A stretch of 64,000 nucleotides of DNA from a virus: positions 27,830 to 91,829 of IMG/VR virus record IMGVR_UViG_3300012205_000277. One strand, written 5' to 3'. Below are positions 1-9,676 of this stretch, in pieces. The position numbers were made by a program, and so were the translations under genes. Positions within the stretch are counted from its first letter, which is position 1; each line of letters starts with the position of its first letter. The notes below the pieces were generated by a model, which did not search any database, was not told where the DNA came from, and saw only the letters and a list, made by a program, of their open reading frames with translations.

Positions 1-872
1 GCCGGAGCGATCGTCGCGAGCGCGGTAACGATTCTCTGCCAGTCTTCTTTGGTGAGGTGCCCGGTCCTGAATTTATGCGCATTGATTTTGGCTAGAGACG
101 CAAGCAAGCGCAGGAGGAGCGAATCGGCGCTCATTTCGAGGGAAAACAGCGCGACCGGCTGGTGGCTCCGGATGGCCACGTTTTCCGCGATGTTCACGGC
201 CAAAGACGATTTCCCGCAACTGGGGCGCGCCGCGAGGATCGTTAGTTCCCCGGGCTGGAGGCCGGCAAGGGCTTTATCGAGTTCGCCGTAGCCGGTAGGG
301 AGTCCGGTAACGTTTTTGCCTTCTTTATAGATTTTCTCCAGCCGCTCGAAATTCCCTTTGACGATGCCCATGACCGGCCGGAGGCTTCCGGCCGACTGCA
401 GTTGCTGCAGCTGGTTCAGCCGGCTGCGGGCTTCTTCGAGGACGGCGGCCGAGGTTTCTCCTTCAAATGCATGGAGCTGGACGGCTTCGGCCATGCGGAT
501 GATCTGCCGCAATACGGCTTTTTCCTTGACGATTTTCGCGTAATGCTCGACGTTCGAAATTTTCGGCATGCCGTCGACCAGGCTCGCGAGGTAGGCGGTG
601 CCGCCGATGGCCTCGAGTTCCTGTTCCTGGGCCAGGCGGTCGTTGACGGTAACGAGATCGACGGGGATCCCGGCGGTGTGCAGGGCCAGGAAATGCCCGA
701 AGATATGCACGTGCGGGGCATAGTGGAAATCTTCGGGCTCGAGGAGCTCCTGGGCGGCGAGCAAGGCTTGGTTGTTGGCCAAAATGCCGCCTAGGACAGA
801 ACGTTCGGCTTCATGGTTGTTCGGCAAAGCCGGAGCGATCGCTTTGGCCTGCGTCATTTTTGGGCTAGCCAT
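1..872 (-). CDS. dnaB: Replicative DNA helicase DnaB (runs off the left edge)
   Basis: Manual translation gives ...LPNNHEAERSVLGGIL...TGLPTGYGELDKALAGLQPGELTILAARPSCGKSSLAVNIA...LFSLEMS, i.e. DnaB N-domain, Walker A and FSLEM motif. Start is ATG 872 or 857. Confidence 0.95.
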   Translation of the reverse strand, partial: MASPKMTQAKAIAPALPNNHEAERSVLGGILANNQALLAAQELLEPEDFHYAPHVHIFGHFLALHTAGIPVDLVTVNDRLAQEQELEAIGGTAYLASLVDGMPKISNVEHYAKIVKEKAVLRQIIRMAEAVQLHAFEGETSAAVLEEARSRLNQLQQLQSAGSLRPVMGIVKGNFERLEKIYKEGKNVTGLPTGYGELDKALAGLQPGELTILAARPSCGKSSLAVNIAENVAIRSHQPVALFSLEMSADSLLLRLLASLAKINAHKFRTGHLTKEDWQRIVTALATIAP

Positions 873-1479
873 GCTTCTCCCTGAATTTTTTCATGGCCTT
901 CTCGAGCAACGGCCGCATTTCCGGAGAGAGGAATCCCCCCGGCTGGGAATATTTTTCTAGTGCGATATGGAGCAAATAGGCTTCCATGTAGGTTTTTTTG
1001 GCCCACACAAGCTGTTCGCGCGTGGCCGTGGCGAGATAAGCGACGCCGCCGGCGGAGCGGATAGCGTATGCGCTTCTGGGAGTGAATTTCGGTCCGCGGC
1101 CGAGATCGGGATAATAATTCTTGTCGATCGCTTTGAGGGCTTCCTGCCAGGAATCTTCGTTTTCCTCCCTGTCGGCGGTTTCTTCTATCCCCTTCAAAAT
1201 ATCCCAGACATGGGTGGGTGCCGGGAAAGGGCAGGCCATGCTAGGAATGAACGTTTTCATCAATTGCCCGAAAGCGAGTTCCAGGAGCGGCGGATCCACG
1301 TCCGCCAGACTTTCCAGCCATAGCGGCTCCCAAGCTTCATTCACCTCGCGATCGAATAGCACGGCGAGGCGGAAAAGCCCTTCACGGATGGTCAAGTCTA
1401 AGGGTTTTGGCGGCTTTCTGGGCACGATTTCGGTATTCTTCGGTGGTACGGCCGGCAGGTCCGATGATTCGTCGGGCAT
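865..1479 (-). CDS. Probable helicase loader (lambda P / SPP1 G39P-like)
   Basis: Lies between initiator and dnaB; helical N-terminus W..SLADV...FP.P resembles phage loaders. Confidence 0.55.
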   Translation of the reverse strand: MPDESSDLPAVPPKNTEIVPRKPPKPLDLTIREGLFRLAVLFDREVNEAWEPLWLESLADVDPPLLELAFGQLMKTFIPSMACPFPAPTHVWDILKGIEETADREENEDSWQEALKAIDKNYYPDLGRGPKFTPRSAYAIRSAGGVAYLATATREQLVWAKKTYMEAYLLHIALEKYSQPGGFLSPEMRPLLEKAMKKFREKHG

Positions 1480-2215
1480 TGGTATTCTCCTTTGGAGGTG
1501 ATTTTTTCCAGTTTTCTTCCTGCAACCACTTCCTGGCTTTCTGGATGAATCCTTGCTGCCATTGCGGCGAAGCTTTGTAGACGAGTACGGCGGCGATCAC
1601 GTCGTCCAGGACGGCGACGGGCAAATACAGGAAAATGGTTTTTGCCGATTGCTCGTCCTGTTTATTCGGATACAGCTCCCAGAACAGTTCCCACTTGGCC
1701 TGTTTGAATTTTTGGGATTCATCGCCGTTTCCCTCGGCGCGCCCGGCATATTCTTTGCCGATGGCCGCGGCTTCGGCCTGGAGGGCTGCCGGAGCGGGGA
1801 ATAAGCGAAGCGTCTCCGGGTCGGCTTTGAGGCCGTTCCAGTATTTTTCTATGGCTTTATCGCTGGGGGTCGTAACGTCCAGTTTCGGGTAATGGTTGCG
1901 CTGGGATTTGGGCGGCAGCCGCCCGGGCTTGTTGCTGCCGGTCCAGTGCCCGTATTTCTTCCCGTGCTCTTCCCAGATATAGAGCAAGCCGTGACGATGG
2001 AAATCGTCCAAGACTTGCCGCAACGTATCGATACCGAAATGCGGCCGGATGGCGGCGACTTTGCCGTGGATCACCCGCAAATCGCCGATTTCGAAATTGC
2101 CGTTGGCGTCCGCCAGCGCGTACAGCCAGGTATATTCCGGAATGAATTCCTCCTTGCAGTTCGCCAGTTTCGAACTGCCCCAGACCGCATCGCCGTCGAT
2201 GATTCTTTTTGCCGT
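1382..2215 (-). CDS. Phage replication initiator protein
   Basis: N-terminus AKRIIDGDAVW...LYALADANG; C-terminus WELFWELYPNK...FIQKARKWLQEENW typical of phage initiators; upstream of loader and dnaB. Probable ACG start at 2215 after GGGAGG. Confidence 0.75.
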   Translation of the reverse strand, partial: TAKRIIDGDAVWGSSKLANCKEEFIPEYTWLYALADANGNFEIGDLRVIHGKVAAIRPHFGIDTLRQVLDDFHRHGLLYIWEEHGKKYGHWTGSNKPGRLPPKSQRNHYPKLDVTTPSDKAIEKYWNGLKADPETLRLFPAPAALQAEAAAIGKEYAGRAEGNGDESQKFKQAKWELFWELYPNKQDEQSAKTIFLYLPVAVLDDVIAAVLVYKASPQWQQGFIQKARKWLQEENWKKSPPKENTNARRIIGPAGRTTEEYRNRAQKAAKTLRLDHP

Positions 2216-2235
2216 AGCCCCTCCCGGTCTTTTTT

Positions 2236-2484
2236 TTAGCGCAGCCCCGGCAGGGCCGCGTTCGCTTCTTTCAGCAAGGTCATGCGGCTTCGCCAGCCTT
2301 CGTATTCGGGTGCCGTGTGTCCCGGCCGGTAGGCGCAATTCCCCTGGACGCACCCGTGCGCTTCGGCTCCCGCCAGCGGCCACCCGCAACACATGCAGCG
2401 CCGGACGGAAGCGAGCGCCACCATTTCCTGCAACGCCATCAGCTTCGCTTCGAGAAAAGCATTGGTGAATTGCTGTTCGTTCAT
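2236..2484 (-). CDS. Small Cys-containing hypothetical protein
   Basis: ATG after AGGA; CMCC...GCVQGNC; packed in the replication operon. Confidence 0.55.
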   Translation of the reverse strand: MNEQQFTNAFLEAKLMALQEMVALASVRRCMCCGWPLAGAEAHGCVQGNCAYRPGHTAPEYEGWRSRMTLLKEANAALPGLR

Positions 2485-2590
2485 TTCTTTCCTGTAAAGA
2501 TTTTCTTCAGGAGCAAAATCAGGAGGACGGAAAAGCAAACCGCCAAAACCAAAGCCGCGAATTGTTCCATTTCCCCGGGCCCCCTGGATC

Positions 2591-2821
2591 TTAAAAATGT
2601 TTGGGACAAAAATCCTTGCCGGCCGTCGAACGCGCGCAGTACCGGCAAACCGGGCGGTCGCAGGTGAAGATTGCGCCCCCGAGCGAACGCCCTATTTCGT
2701 AATCGCAAACAAGCGTGGCGGGCTGGGACCCGGAACAGAATTTGCACCGCGGCGCACGCCGGGCGGCATGCTTCACGATCGCCACTACGCCGTCCGGGAA
2801 CTTGACATGCGAGCAGGGCAT
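2591..2821 (-). CDS. Small zinc-finger phage protein
   Basis: CKFC..LVCDY..TCDRPVCRYC..DFCPKH. Confidence 0.7.
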   Translation of the reverse strand: MPCSHVKFPDGVVAIVKHAARRAPRCKFCSGSQPATLVCDYEIGRSLGGAIFTCDRPVCRYCARSTAGKDFCPKHF

Positions 2822-2987
2822 GAACGACCTAAAAAAAGAGCTGCAGGAAGGAAGGAAAACCTAGGGAGAACGGGCTGCGGATAGAGGGAGAAAAAGATGG
2901 ACGGTTTAGCCGGTTTTACCCGGCCTAGCGCTTCACCGATTTCGTTCTAAACCGTTCACCGGTTCTCCTTCCCCCCGCAGGAGCCGT

Positions 2988-3016
2988 ACACTAGTACTAT
3001 GGTCCTAGCGTGTCAA
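2988..3016 (-). promoter_or_regulatory. Sigma70-type promoter for the replication operon
   Basis: TTGACA-17 nt-TAGTGT. Confidence 0.6.
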
Positions 3017-3095
3017 GTTTCATTTCTGTTTTCTCCAAAATCCGTCCGTGGATTGCTGTGGGAAACCACTAAAAACCATGGGAAAAAGTTTTCTG

Positions 3096-3224
3096 TCTAG
3101 GCAATGCCTAGCTGTTGCGTAGGCAGCCAATTTGGTTGCCTAGATAGGTTTGGGTTTGGTTTGGGTTTGGTTTAGGTGTAGGTAACACATACTATCTAGG
3201 CGCGGTCCTTTTTGCCTAGGCAAG
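3096..3224. repeat. TAGGCA/TGCCTA repeats around a (GGTTT)n tract; candidate origin iterons
   Basis: About 6 TAGGCA or TGCCTA copies; inverted repeat GCCTAGATAG/CTATCTAGGC flanks ggtttgggtttggtttgggtttggttt. Confidence 0.5.
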
Positions 3225-3689
3225 GATGCCAAGTCGTCTCATTGTGAGATTTCCTGTGCTCCTACAATCCAACCCGAAATGAAACCCACAAGACCAAACT
3301 AATTTCTTTCCCCGAGTAGTACTACCCCCCCCCTCGGAGTTTACCTGATTGACTTCCACTCCTCCCTTGCCACACTCAATTCTGGCCTGCTCTTAGGCCT
3401 AAAGAAAAAGGCAAATTTTTGCCCGCGGATCCCGTCCCCATGACCCGTGAACGTAAAACCGATTCCGCCCTCAAATCCGCCTGGTTCTCCGGCCTCCTCT
3501 CCCCCTCCCTCGCCGCCGATTCCTCCCTCCTCGATTCCTTCCCCGATGGCCATTCCGCCGACCGCTCCCTCTCCCGCTTCCTACGGAGAAAAAAACTCAG
3601 AATCCTGCCCCAAAAATTCCTCGAGTCCAAACGCGCCTGAAAGTCCCGAATTTTACCCAAAAATTTTCGCGGGGCTAGAAGAGCCCTGG

Positions 3690-3806
3690 CGCGCATCGCA
3701 TCCCAGAAGTTATGAGCCGCATCGCATCGCAGATCGTCGCGCCTTGCGGCTCTGTGTCGCATGAGCGCGCATCCTAGGACGCATCGCAACCGCATCGCAT
3801 CGCAGG
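3690..3806. repeat. Clustered GCATC short repeats
   Basis: gcatcgcatc, gcatcgcatcgca and gcatcgcaaccgcatcgcatcgca in non-coding DNA. Confidence 0.6.
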
Positions 3807-3936
3807 CTAGGGCGCATGCTGGCCGCACTGGGAGAGAGGCGCGCAAAATAAAAAAGCGCAATAGGGGCGCATTAGGGCGCATTTAGAATCTAGGGCAAGT
3901 TAGGTAGTAGGTTGCTGGCTGGGAGTCTGTAGGAGC

Positions 3937-3966
3937 AAAAAAAAAGGCCGGGCTCGCGGCCCGGCC
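3937..3966 (-). terminator. Rho-independent terminator
   Basis: GGCCGGGC-cgcga-GCCCGGCC hairpin followed by a T run. Confidence 0.85.
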
Positions 3967-3983
3967 AGTTAGGGTTAGTGTGT

Positions 3984-4172
3984 TCAGAGTTTGCCTGACC
4001 GGAGGGTCCGCACCGATGGAAGTGCGCGCAAGGAACTATGGGCTATCTTGTGCGCGGTACTCTCTGCGATGCTGAGGCGCGTTGCAATAGTGCGGAGAGA
4101 CAATCCGTACTCTTGTAGCGCGCGCACCCTAGCGGCTAGGCTAGGGGTAATTTGAAACGGTTTGCCAATCAT
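3984..4172 (-). CDS. Small helix-turn-helix protein
   Basis: GLSLRTIATRLSIAESTAHKI; GGAGG RBS. Confidence 0.75.
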   Translation of the reverse strand: MIGKPFQITPSLAARVRALQEYGLSLRTIATRLSIAESTAHKIAHSSLRALPSVRTLRSGKL

Positions 4173-4301
4173 GCTTTCCTCCCGGGATAGAGACAGGCAT
4201 CCCATACCGTTTGGTCCCGCGAATCATCCCGCAAAAAAGTATCGCGGAATAGATCCCCGAGAAGGAACAGCACCAAAAATACTTCGAAGAATGGGAGCAT
4301 G

Positions 4302-4544
4302 TTAGATGCTCTGTTTCTTGGCGGCTAAGTAAGACTCAAGCGCCGCCTGTAGGTTGTTATGGCGAAGGAAAGATTCTAGGTCCGCATCCGTTTGGAACAT
4401 GTAGCAGGGATTCGGCAATTCGGCGAACGGAATCAGAATGCGCGCGCCGTTTGCTTTTTTGCAAAAGCGCATTGCGGCGAGGCGGATTCTCTCCGATCGT
4501 TCGCGCACTGTCCGCTGAACGGTTTGCTTTGTAATCATAGGCAT
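4302..4544 (-). CDS. Hypothetical protein
   Basis: ATG after a leader hairpin and GAAAAGAGAATC. Confidence 0.6.
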   Translation of the reverse strand: MPMITKQTVQRTVRERSERIRLAAMRFCKKANGARILIPFAELPNPCYMFQTDADLESFLRHNNLQAALESYLAAKKQSI

Positions 4545-4602
4545 GGATTCTCTTTTCTTAACTGGCCGTCTAGTTTGGTTCATGCTCACTAGGCGGCCAG
4601 CT

Positions 4603-4637
4603 AAAAAAAATGGGAGCGGAAAAATAATCCGCTCCCA
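4603..4637 (-). terminator. Rho-independent terminator
   Basis: TGGGAGCGGA-loop-TCCGCTCCCA followed by a T run. Confidence 0.85.
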
Positions 4638-4649
4638 GGCCGGAAGAAA

Positions 4650-4799
4650 TTACCGATTGTCCAGAAAAGACTCGACCGCCTTGCGGCCCTTTTTGGCGGC
4701 GCGGAGATACGCTTGAGATTTCATCGTTTTCCAAGCGGCAAATGCCGCCTTGCGCGCACTGGCTGACCGACGCGATGCTGACTTGGATTGCTTGCTCAT
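4650..4799 (-). CDS. 49-aa basic protein (not in the ORF track)
   Basis: MSKQSKSASRRSASARKAAFAAWKTMKSQAYLRAAKKGRKAVESFLDNR; bounded by a promoter and a terminator. Confidence 0.7.
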   Translation of the reverse strand: MSKQSKSASRRSASARKAAFAAWKTMKSQAYLRAAKKGRKAVESFLDNR

Positions 4800-4863
4800 G
4801 GAGTGATTCTCTTTTCCGACTGGCCTAGCTTTGGTCGGGCTCGCTTGTGGCCAATCTGTAAGA

Positions 4864-4892
4864 AGTATGAACCTAGCCTATAAGATTGTCAA
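4864..4892 (-). promoter_or_regulatory. Sigma70-type promoter
   Basis: TTGACA-17 nt-CATACT. Confidence 0.75.
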
Positions 4893-5633
4893 CACAATTC
4901 GGAGTTAGGGCCAAAGAATAATTTGAATACAAGATTGGCCGATGCATGCAAAATACGGATACATACCGATGTATCAACGTTCGCTTTAGTTACGCTTTAG
5001 TTACGCTTTCCGCGCATACCATTTTCGGCATTCGATACCATTTATCATTTCGCGCATTCCATTTTCCATTTTTCCGCATATGCATTCCCATACGGAAAAC
5101 CCTGACCCTCCAAAATCTCTCTGGCGCAAAATACCGGGAAAGTATTTTCCAGTCCAGGAAATCAAAACGGATTTGAAAGGGGGGTCAATCGGCCATCTTG
5201 GGATCGCCGGCATTCTTGGGATTTAATGTTTGGTGAGTAGAACCTACCGGGCAACTTTATTGCTTGGACCGTGGTAAACTTGCGGCCATGAATCAACAGC
5301 AACAACACTGGCGAGATCCAAAAGAAAAAGTATTTTATATCGCGTGGATGACTAGCAAGAATGTGCCATGTATCTTAACCGGGCCGTTCGAAAATACCGA
5401 TCAAGCAAAACAGGCGATTGATGCGCTGCAACCACTGCATCGCAATAGACGCCTGGTCTATGTCGGGGGAGAACTCTGGCGCAGAATCGGATGGTAGACT
5501 TTCGCCTGTCGTCGCACGCCACAGTCTGATAAGACCTAAAAGGTTAACCTGGGGTCCATGTATCGTGGTGTGTGTTCAATAACTTACAGGGTAGCAGTAA
5601 TTATGCGGACCTTCGCCACTACTAATTGCGGTA

Positions 5634-6092
5634 CTACTCGCCAGTTTTGCTCGATTCTTCATCTTCGAGCTGCTGCGTAACGCTCTCGACCACCGCGGCT
5701 TCGATCACTTTGTTTTCGATCTTCTCTTCGAGCATGCGTGTTTTCGCCGGCGCTTCAAAAGAAATTTGTACTTGCCAGCCACGATCTTCAGGTGAATGAA
5801 TTTCTACGCGCTGCGTGGGCTTGCCTTCAATGCGATCCGCAATTTCTTTTGCCGCGAGCGTTCCTCCGCGTGTTAATGCTTCGCGTGCGCGAGCAAGCGC
5901 CATCGCGCGGCCCCACGTTGTTCCAACCGGCAATCCCAAAGCCTTGCGTTCTTTCTCCGGCAAATCTTCTCGCACCAATTCGTCGTACTCTTCAGTCATC
6001 GGCCGTTTACGCGGCCGGCCAGGGCTTATTGGCGGCGGATTATTCGGGCCCCAAGGCTTCAGGGTGGAAGGATTTCCGTTGGGATTTGGCAT
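5634..6092 (-). CDS. Terminase small subunit-like protein (DUF5681-like)
   Basis: GNPSTLKPW...SPGRPRK N-terminus and AAKEIADRIEGKPTQRVE, typical of TerS. Confidence 0.7.
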   Translation of the reverse strand: MPNPNGNPSTLKPWGPNNPPPISPGRPRKRPMTEEYDELVREDLPEKERKALGLPVGTTWGRAMALARAREALTRGGTLAAKEIADRIEGKPTQRVEIHSPEDRGWQVQISFEAPAKTRMLEEKIENKVIEAAVVESVTQQLEDEESSKTGE

Positions 6093-6267
6093 TTCAGCTT
6101 TGAAGCAGCAATACCGGGTGCTTCAATCGACAGGATAGCCGCGCAAGGATTTTTCCGCAAGAGCAAGTTAGCAACCATGTGCGGAAAGGATATTTTCCGC
6201 TTTTTATTTCCTTTGGAAAAACTTAGACTCAATTCGTGTCGAAGCCTGGCGAAGGGAGAAGCGAAAA

Positions 6268-6654
6268 ATGGCCGACGAGCCCACCGCAGCGAAACCTACA
6301 GGGAAAGTAAAGATATCGAAAGTGGTGGAACCGCCGGCGCCTCCGCCGGAAACATTCGGGTTGGTGGTGAGCGCGGTTTTTGATATTCAGAGCAAATTGG
6401 GCGAGCAAACAAAAACGGTGGAGACGCTGAACACGCGGTACATGGAGCAGCGGGAGGACATCCGCATCCTGGAAAAATTAATCGAAACGAAAGTTTTGGA
6501 GTTGACGACGGCGATGACTTTGATGAACAGGACACTTTATGCCGGGTGGATATTGCTGGTGACGATCGGGGGGATAGCGGCATGGACGATTTACCGGGTA
6601 TGGGAAGTGATCCTACCCCTAATCCAGAGCAAGCTAGGGATACCGGTGAGGTAA
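6268..6654 (+). CDS. Coiled-coil protein with a C-terminal transmembrane helix
   Basis: GGGAG RBS; hydrophobic LYAGWILLVTIGGIAAWTIY. Confidence 0.7.
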   Translation: MADEPTAAKPTGKVKISKVVEPPAPPPETFGLVVSAVFDIQSKLGEQTKTVETLNTRYMEQREDIRILEKLIETKVLELTTAMTLMNRTLYAGWILLVTIGGIAAWTIYRVWEVILPLIQSKLGIPVR

Positions 6655-6669
6655 GGCAAGGAGGCCGAA

Positions 6670-7053
6670 ATGGAAATTTCATCCGAGAACCAAGTCAACC
6701 GCGGCATGGAAGTTTTCGCCGTATCTACTGAAGAACCAACGCCATGCAGTTCATGTGGGAACTGGAGGATTGGGAAATACCGCGTCCCGGGAATATCGGG
6801 AGTGTTCTGTTCGGTGGGTTGCCTGGAAACCGAGCTATTCGGGCAGAAGCACTGCCGGTGGTGCGGAAGGCCGATGGAGAACCCTTACACGAGCATCGAA
6901 GCGCGGCTGTGTTCAGAGAACTGCAGCGTAAGTTATTGGAAACACGTGAAGGGCGACCGAAGTGCCGCATTGGGATCTGGTAAGCGCTTCGTCGGCTGGC
7001 TCCAGGAAAACTCCCCAAGAGCGTTTGCCATGCTCATGGGCAATAGAGCGTAA
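6670..7053 (+). CDS. Tandem treble-clef (TRASH-like) zinc-finger protein
   Basis: CSSC...FCSVGC and CRWC...LCSENC; GGAGG RBS. Confidence 0.7.
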   Translation: MEISSENQVNRGMEVFAVSTEEPTPCSSCGNWRIGKYRVPGISGVFCSVGCLETELFGQKHCRWCGRPMENPYTSIEARLCSENCSVSYWKHVKGDRSAALGSGKRFVGWLQENSPRAFAMLMGNRA

Positions 7054-7156
7054 TGGGTGTTTTCACCAAGAATCCGTTTTTGCCTGTGGAAAACGTTCCT
7101 GCGCAGCCTGGAACTGCCAGCATTGGCATGTTTGAACAGATTTCGCAAAGTCTCCC

Positions 7157-7345
7157 ATGAAACCGGGCTTCACAACTGAGCGGTGTTCCTGCGGGGGCAA
7201 AGACCCGTTTTGCGGCAAATGCTCCGGGTTGGGCCGGGTGATGGTGGAGAGAACACCAGAGCCTACGCATTGGCATAGACTAGGCTGGGTAGTGTTTTGG
7301 GTAGTGGTGTTATTCTTGCTGACGATTCTGGTTACGGTGAAGTGA
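7157..7345 (+). CDS. Small zinc-ribbon plus TM protein
   Basis: CSC...CGKCSGLG, then a hydrophobic helix. Confidence 0.55.
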   Translation: MKPGFTTERCSCGGKDPFCGKCSGLGRVMVERTPEPTHWHRLGWVVFWVVVLFLLTILVTVK

Positions 7346-7929
7346 ATGGGGTGGCTGAAACCAAAGCGCGGGAACCTGGGGCCGGGCTGGCTCTCGCAGC
7401 ATGGCGCGGAAGTTTGCCGGCAATGCGGGACGTGTGTCGCGGCGATGGTCGGCGGCCCGAAAACCATGCGACTAGGGAAGCCATGAACCGGCGTTACTTC
7501 GCTAGTAAACTTCTGGGCGCGATCGCGGTGTGGCCCTGGCATTTTCGCGGCGCCCCGATCGACTGCGCCGAAGGGAAAGACTTGTGCCCGCTGGGGCATT
7601 GCCAAGTCAGTGAAGATTTCCTGCAGTTGCCGGCCGAGCCCCACCAGCGGATCCTCGCGGAAATGGTAGCGAGCTGGACACTCAAAGCCAAAGTCTGCAC
7701 GCACGCAGGTTGCGGGATCGTGTACGTGCCGCGCGCGGGGCTTAAAACATGAAAATCTGTTTCCTGGCCCTGGCACTGGCGTTTTGCGGGTGTTCGGCGC
7801 GGCGCGCGGGCTCGTTGCGCTCCCCGTGCCGGCCGGGCTTCTGGAATCCGGAGACGCGCTCTTGCCAGCAGTGGCATTACTGCTTGGAGAATTGCCGCTG
7901 GGACCCTACGGTTACTACGGAATAAAATT

Positions 7930-9561
7930 ATGCCGGCAGCCAAACCCACCACCCCCGAGCCGGACATCCCCCAGGAGCTGATCGACAAGTTCACGCCCAA
8001 AAGGTTAATCACTGTCAAACTCCGGAATCCCGCCGGGCATCCGGGGCAGGAACGGATCTGCTATTCCACCAAGAAACGCATCATCGTAAGGGCCGGAAGA
8101 CGTGGAGGCAAAACTTCCGCCAGTGCCATCAAGGCGGTGATGTCGTTTTTAGGGGACCCCGATAGAGGCATTCCACCGAAACGCGTCCTTTATGCCGCGC
8201 CGACCATCGACCAGGTGCGTAAATTCTGGGAAGAAGTCAAACGCGCCTTGCACGAAGGCCTGGCCTACAAGGTGTATTACAAAAACGAGACCAACCATAT
8301 TATCGAGCCCTTCGGAACTCCGCCGGTGATGCCCGGAGAACGTCCCCGGCACCCACGGATCCGCGCCAAAACCGCCTTCAACGCGGAGAGTTTGCGTGGA
8401 GATTTCGCCGACGTTTTGATCCTCGATGAATACCAACTGATGGATGAAACCGCCTGGACGGAAGTCGGCGCGCCGATGCTGATGGACAATAACGGGGATG
8501 TGATTTTCATATACACGCCACCCAGCCTCGAAAGCCGCTCGGCATCGAAGGCGCGCGACCCGCAGCATGCCGCGAAAATGTACCGCGAACATAAAGACGA
8601 TCCGTTGTGGGAATGCATCCATTTCGCGAGCAGAGAAAACCCGCACATCTCTGAAGAAGGGATCGAAGAAGCCAGTAAGAACATGACGGCGCTCGCCTAC
8701 CGCCAGGAGATTCTCGCCGAAGATACCGAAGAAATTCCGGGAGCCTTGTGGACGCGGAAAATCATCGAAGAGTCCAGAGTGAAATCGATTCCGTGCGAAC
8801 TGCGGCGGGTGGTGGTGGCGGTCGATCCGAGCGGCGGAAACCTTACCGAAGTCGGGATCATGGCGGCCGGCGAAGGCGCCGACGGGCATTACTATGTGCT
8901 GCGCGACGCTTCGATGAAAGCCAGCCGGCCGAAAGAATGGGCGCAGCGCGCGGTGAACCTGTATTACGAGCTCCTCGCCGACCGGGTAATCGCGGAACGC
9001 AACTACGGCGGGGACATGGTCGAAGAAACGCTACGTAACGTGGATGAAAACGTGTCTTACCACGACGTTGTTTCTTCGCGCGGGAAACTGGTGCGCGCCG
9101 AGCCCATCCTGGCGCTGTTCCAGCAAAACAAGATGCACCTGGTATGCCGCTGCGGGCAATCGCCCTGCCGCGAATTCGCGGAACTGGAAGAAGAACTCGT
9201 CACGTACACGGCCGAAGCCGGCCAGAAATCGCCGAACCGCTTAGACGCCATGGTCTTTGCAGGAACGGAACTTTCCGGCATGGGCAGCCTCGGCCTGCTC
9301 GACCTGTTCAAGTCCGGGCGCGCCGGGAAAATGGCGGAACGGGAAATCGCGAAGATCAAGACGTCGACCTCGCTGGCCGCGATCGCGACAAACGACAAGA
9401 CCCCGCGGTGCACGAATTGCGGAAGCTTGACGCTAAGCGTGCTCAGCCGCGGGCCGCAATTCGACGGCGGGATCGAGTACCGCTGCCAGGCTTGCGGAAA
9501 CCAGCAACCCAAGCCCACCATTTTGGGAATCGGCAGCCGACGAATCCAATTGGAAAAATAA
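7930..9561 (+). CDS. terL: Terminase large subunit
   Basis: Walker A AGRRGGKT, YAAPT, LRG..DVLILDE (Walker B), nuclease VVAVDPSG, SPNRLDAM; extra C-terminal zinc ribbon. Confidence 0.95.
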   Translation: MPAAKPTTPEPDIPQELIDKFTPKRLITVKLRNPAGHPGQERICYSTKKRIIVRAGRRGGKTSASAIKAVMSFLGDPDRGIPPKRVLYAAPTIDQVRKFWEEVKRALHEGLAYKVYYKNETNHIIEPFGTPPVMPGERPRHPRIRAKTAFNAESLRGDFADVLILDEYQLMDETAWTEVGAPMLMDNNGDVIFIYTPPSLESRSASKARDPQHAAKMYREHKDDPLWECIHFASRENPHISEEGIEEASKNMTALAYRQEILAEDTEEIPGALWTRKIIEESRVKSIPCELRRVVVAVDPSGGNLTEVGIMAAGEGADGHYYVLRDASMKASRPKEWAQRAVNLYYELLADRVIAERNYGGDMVEETLRNVDENVSYHDVVSSRGKLVRAEPILALFQQNKMHLVCRCGQSPCREFAELEEELVTYTAEAGQKSPNRLDAMVFAGTELSGMGSLGLLDLFKSGRAGKMAEREIAKIKTSTSLAAIATNDKTPRCTNCGSLTLSVLSRGPQFDGGIEYRCQACGNQQPKPTILGIGSRRIQLEK

Positions 9562-9676
9562 TGCAATGCCTGCCCTGCCTCGTTCGCGCCGTTTCTAACC
9601 CTGTTCGTGCCAATGCTCAACTCTCCTCGCCTGATTCCAAGTCTACTATCTTACCCGGCAGGTTGTCAAGGATTGC

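Noticed and set aside
3376-3882. Pro-rich ORF 3447-3764 and its antisense ORFs
   Set aside because: They arise from low-complexity pyrimidine and GCATC repeats and have no convincing RBS or domain.
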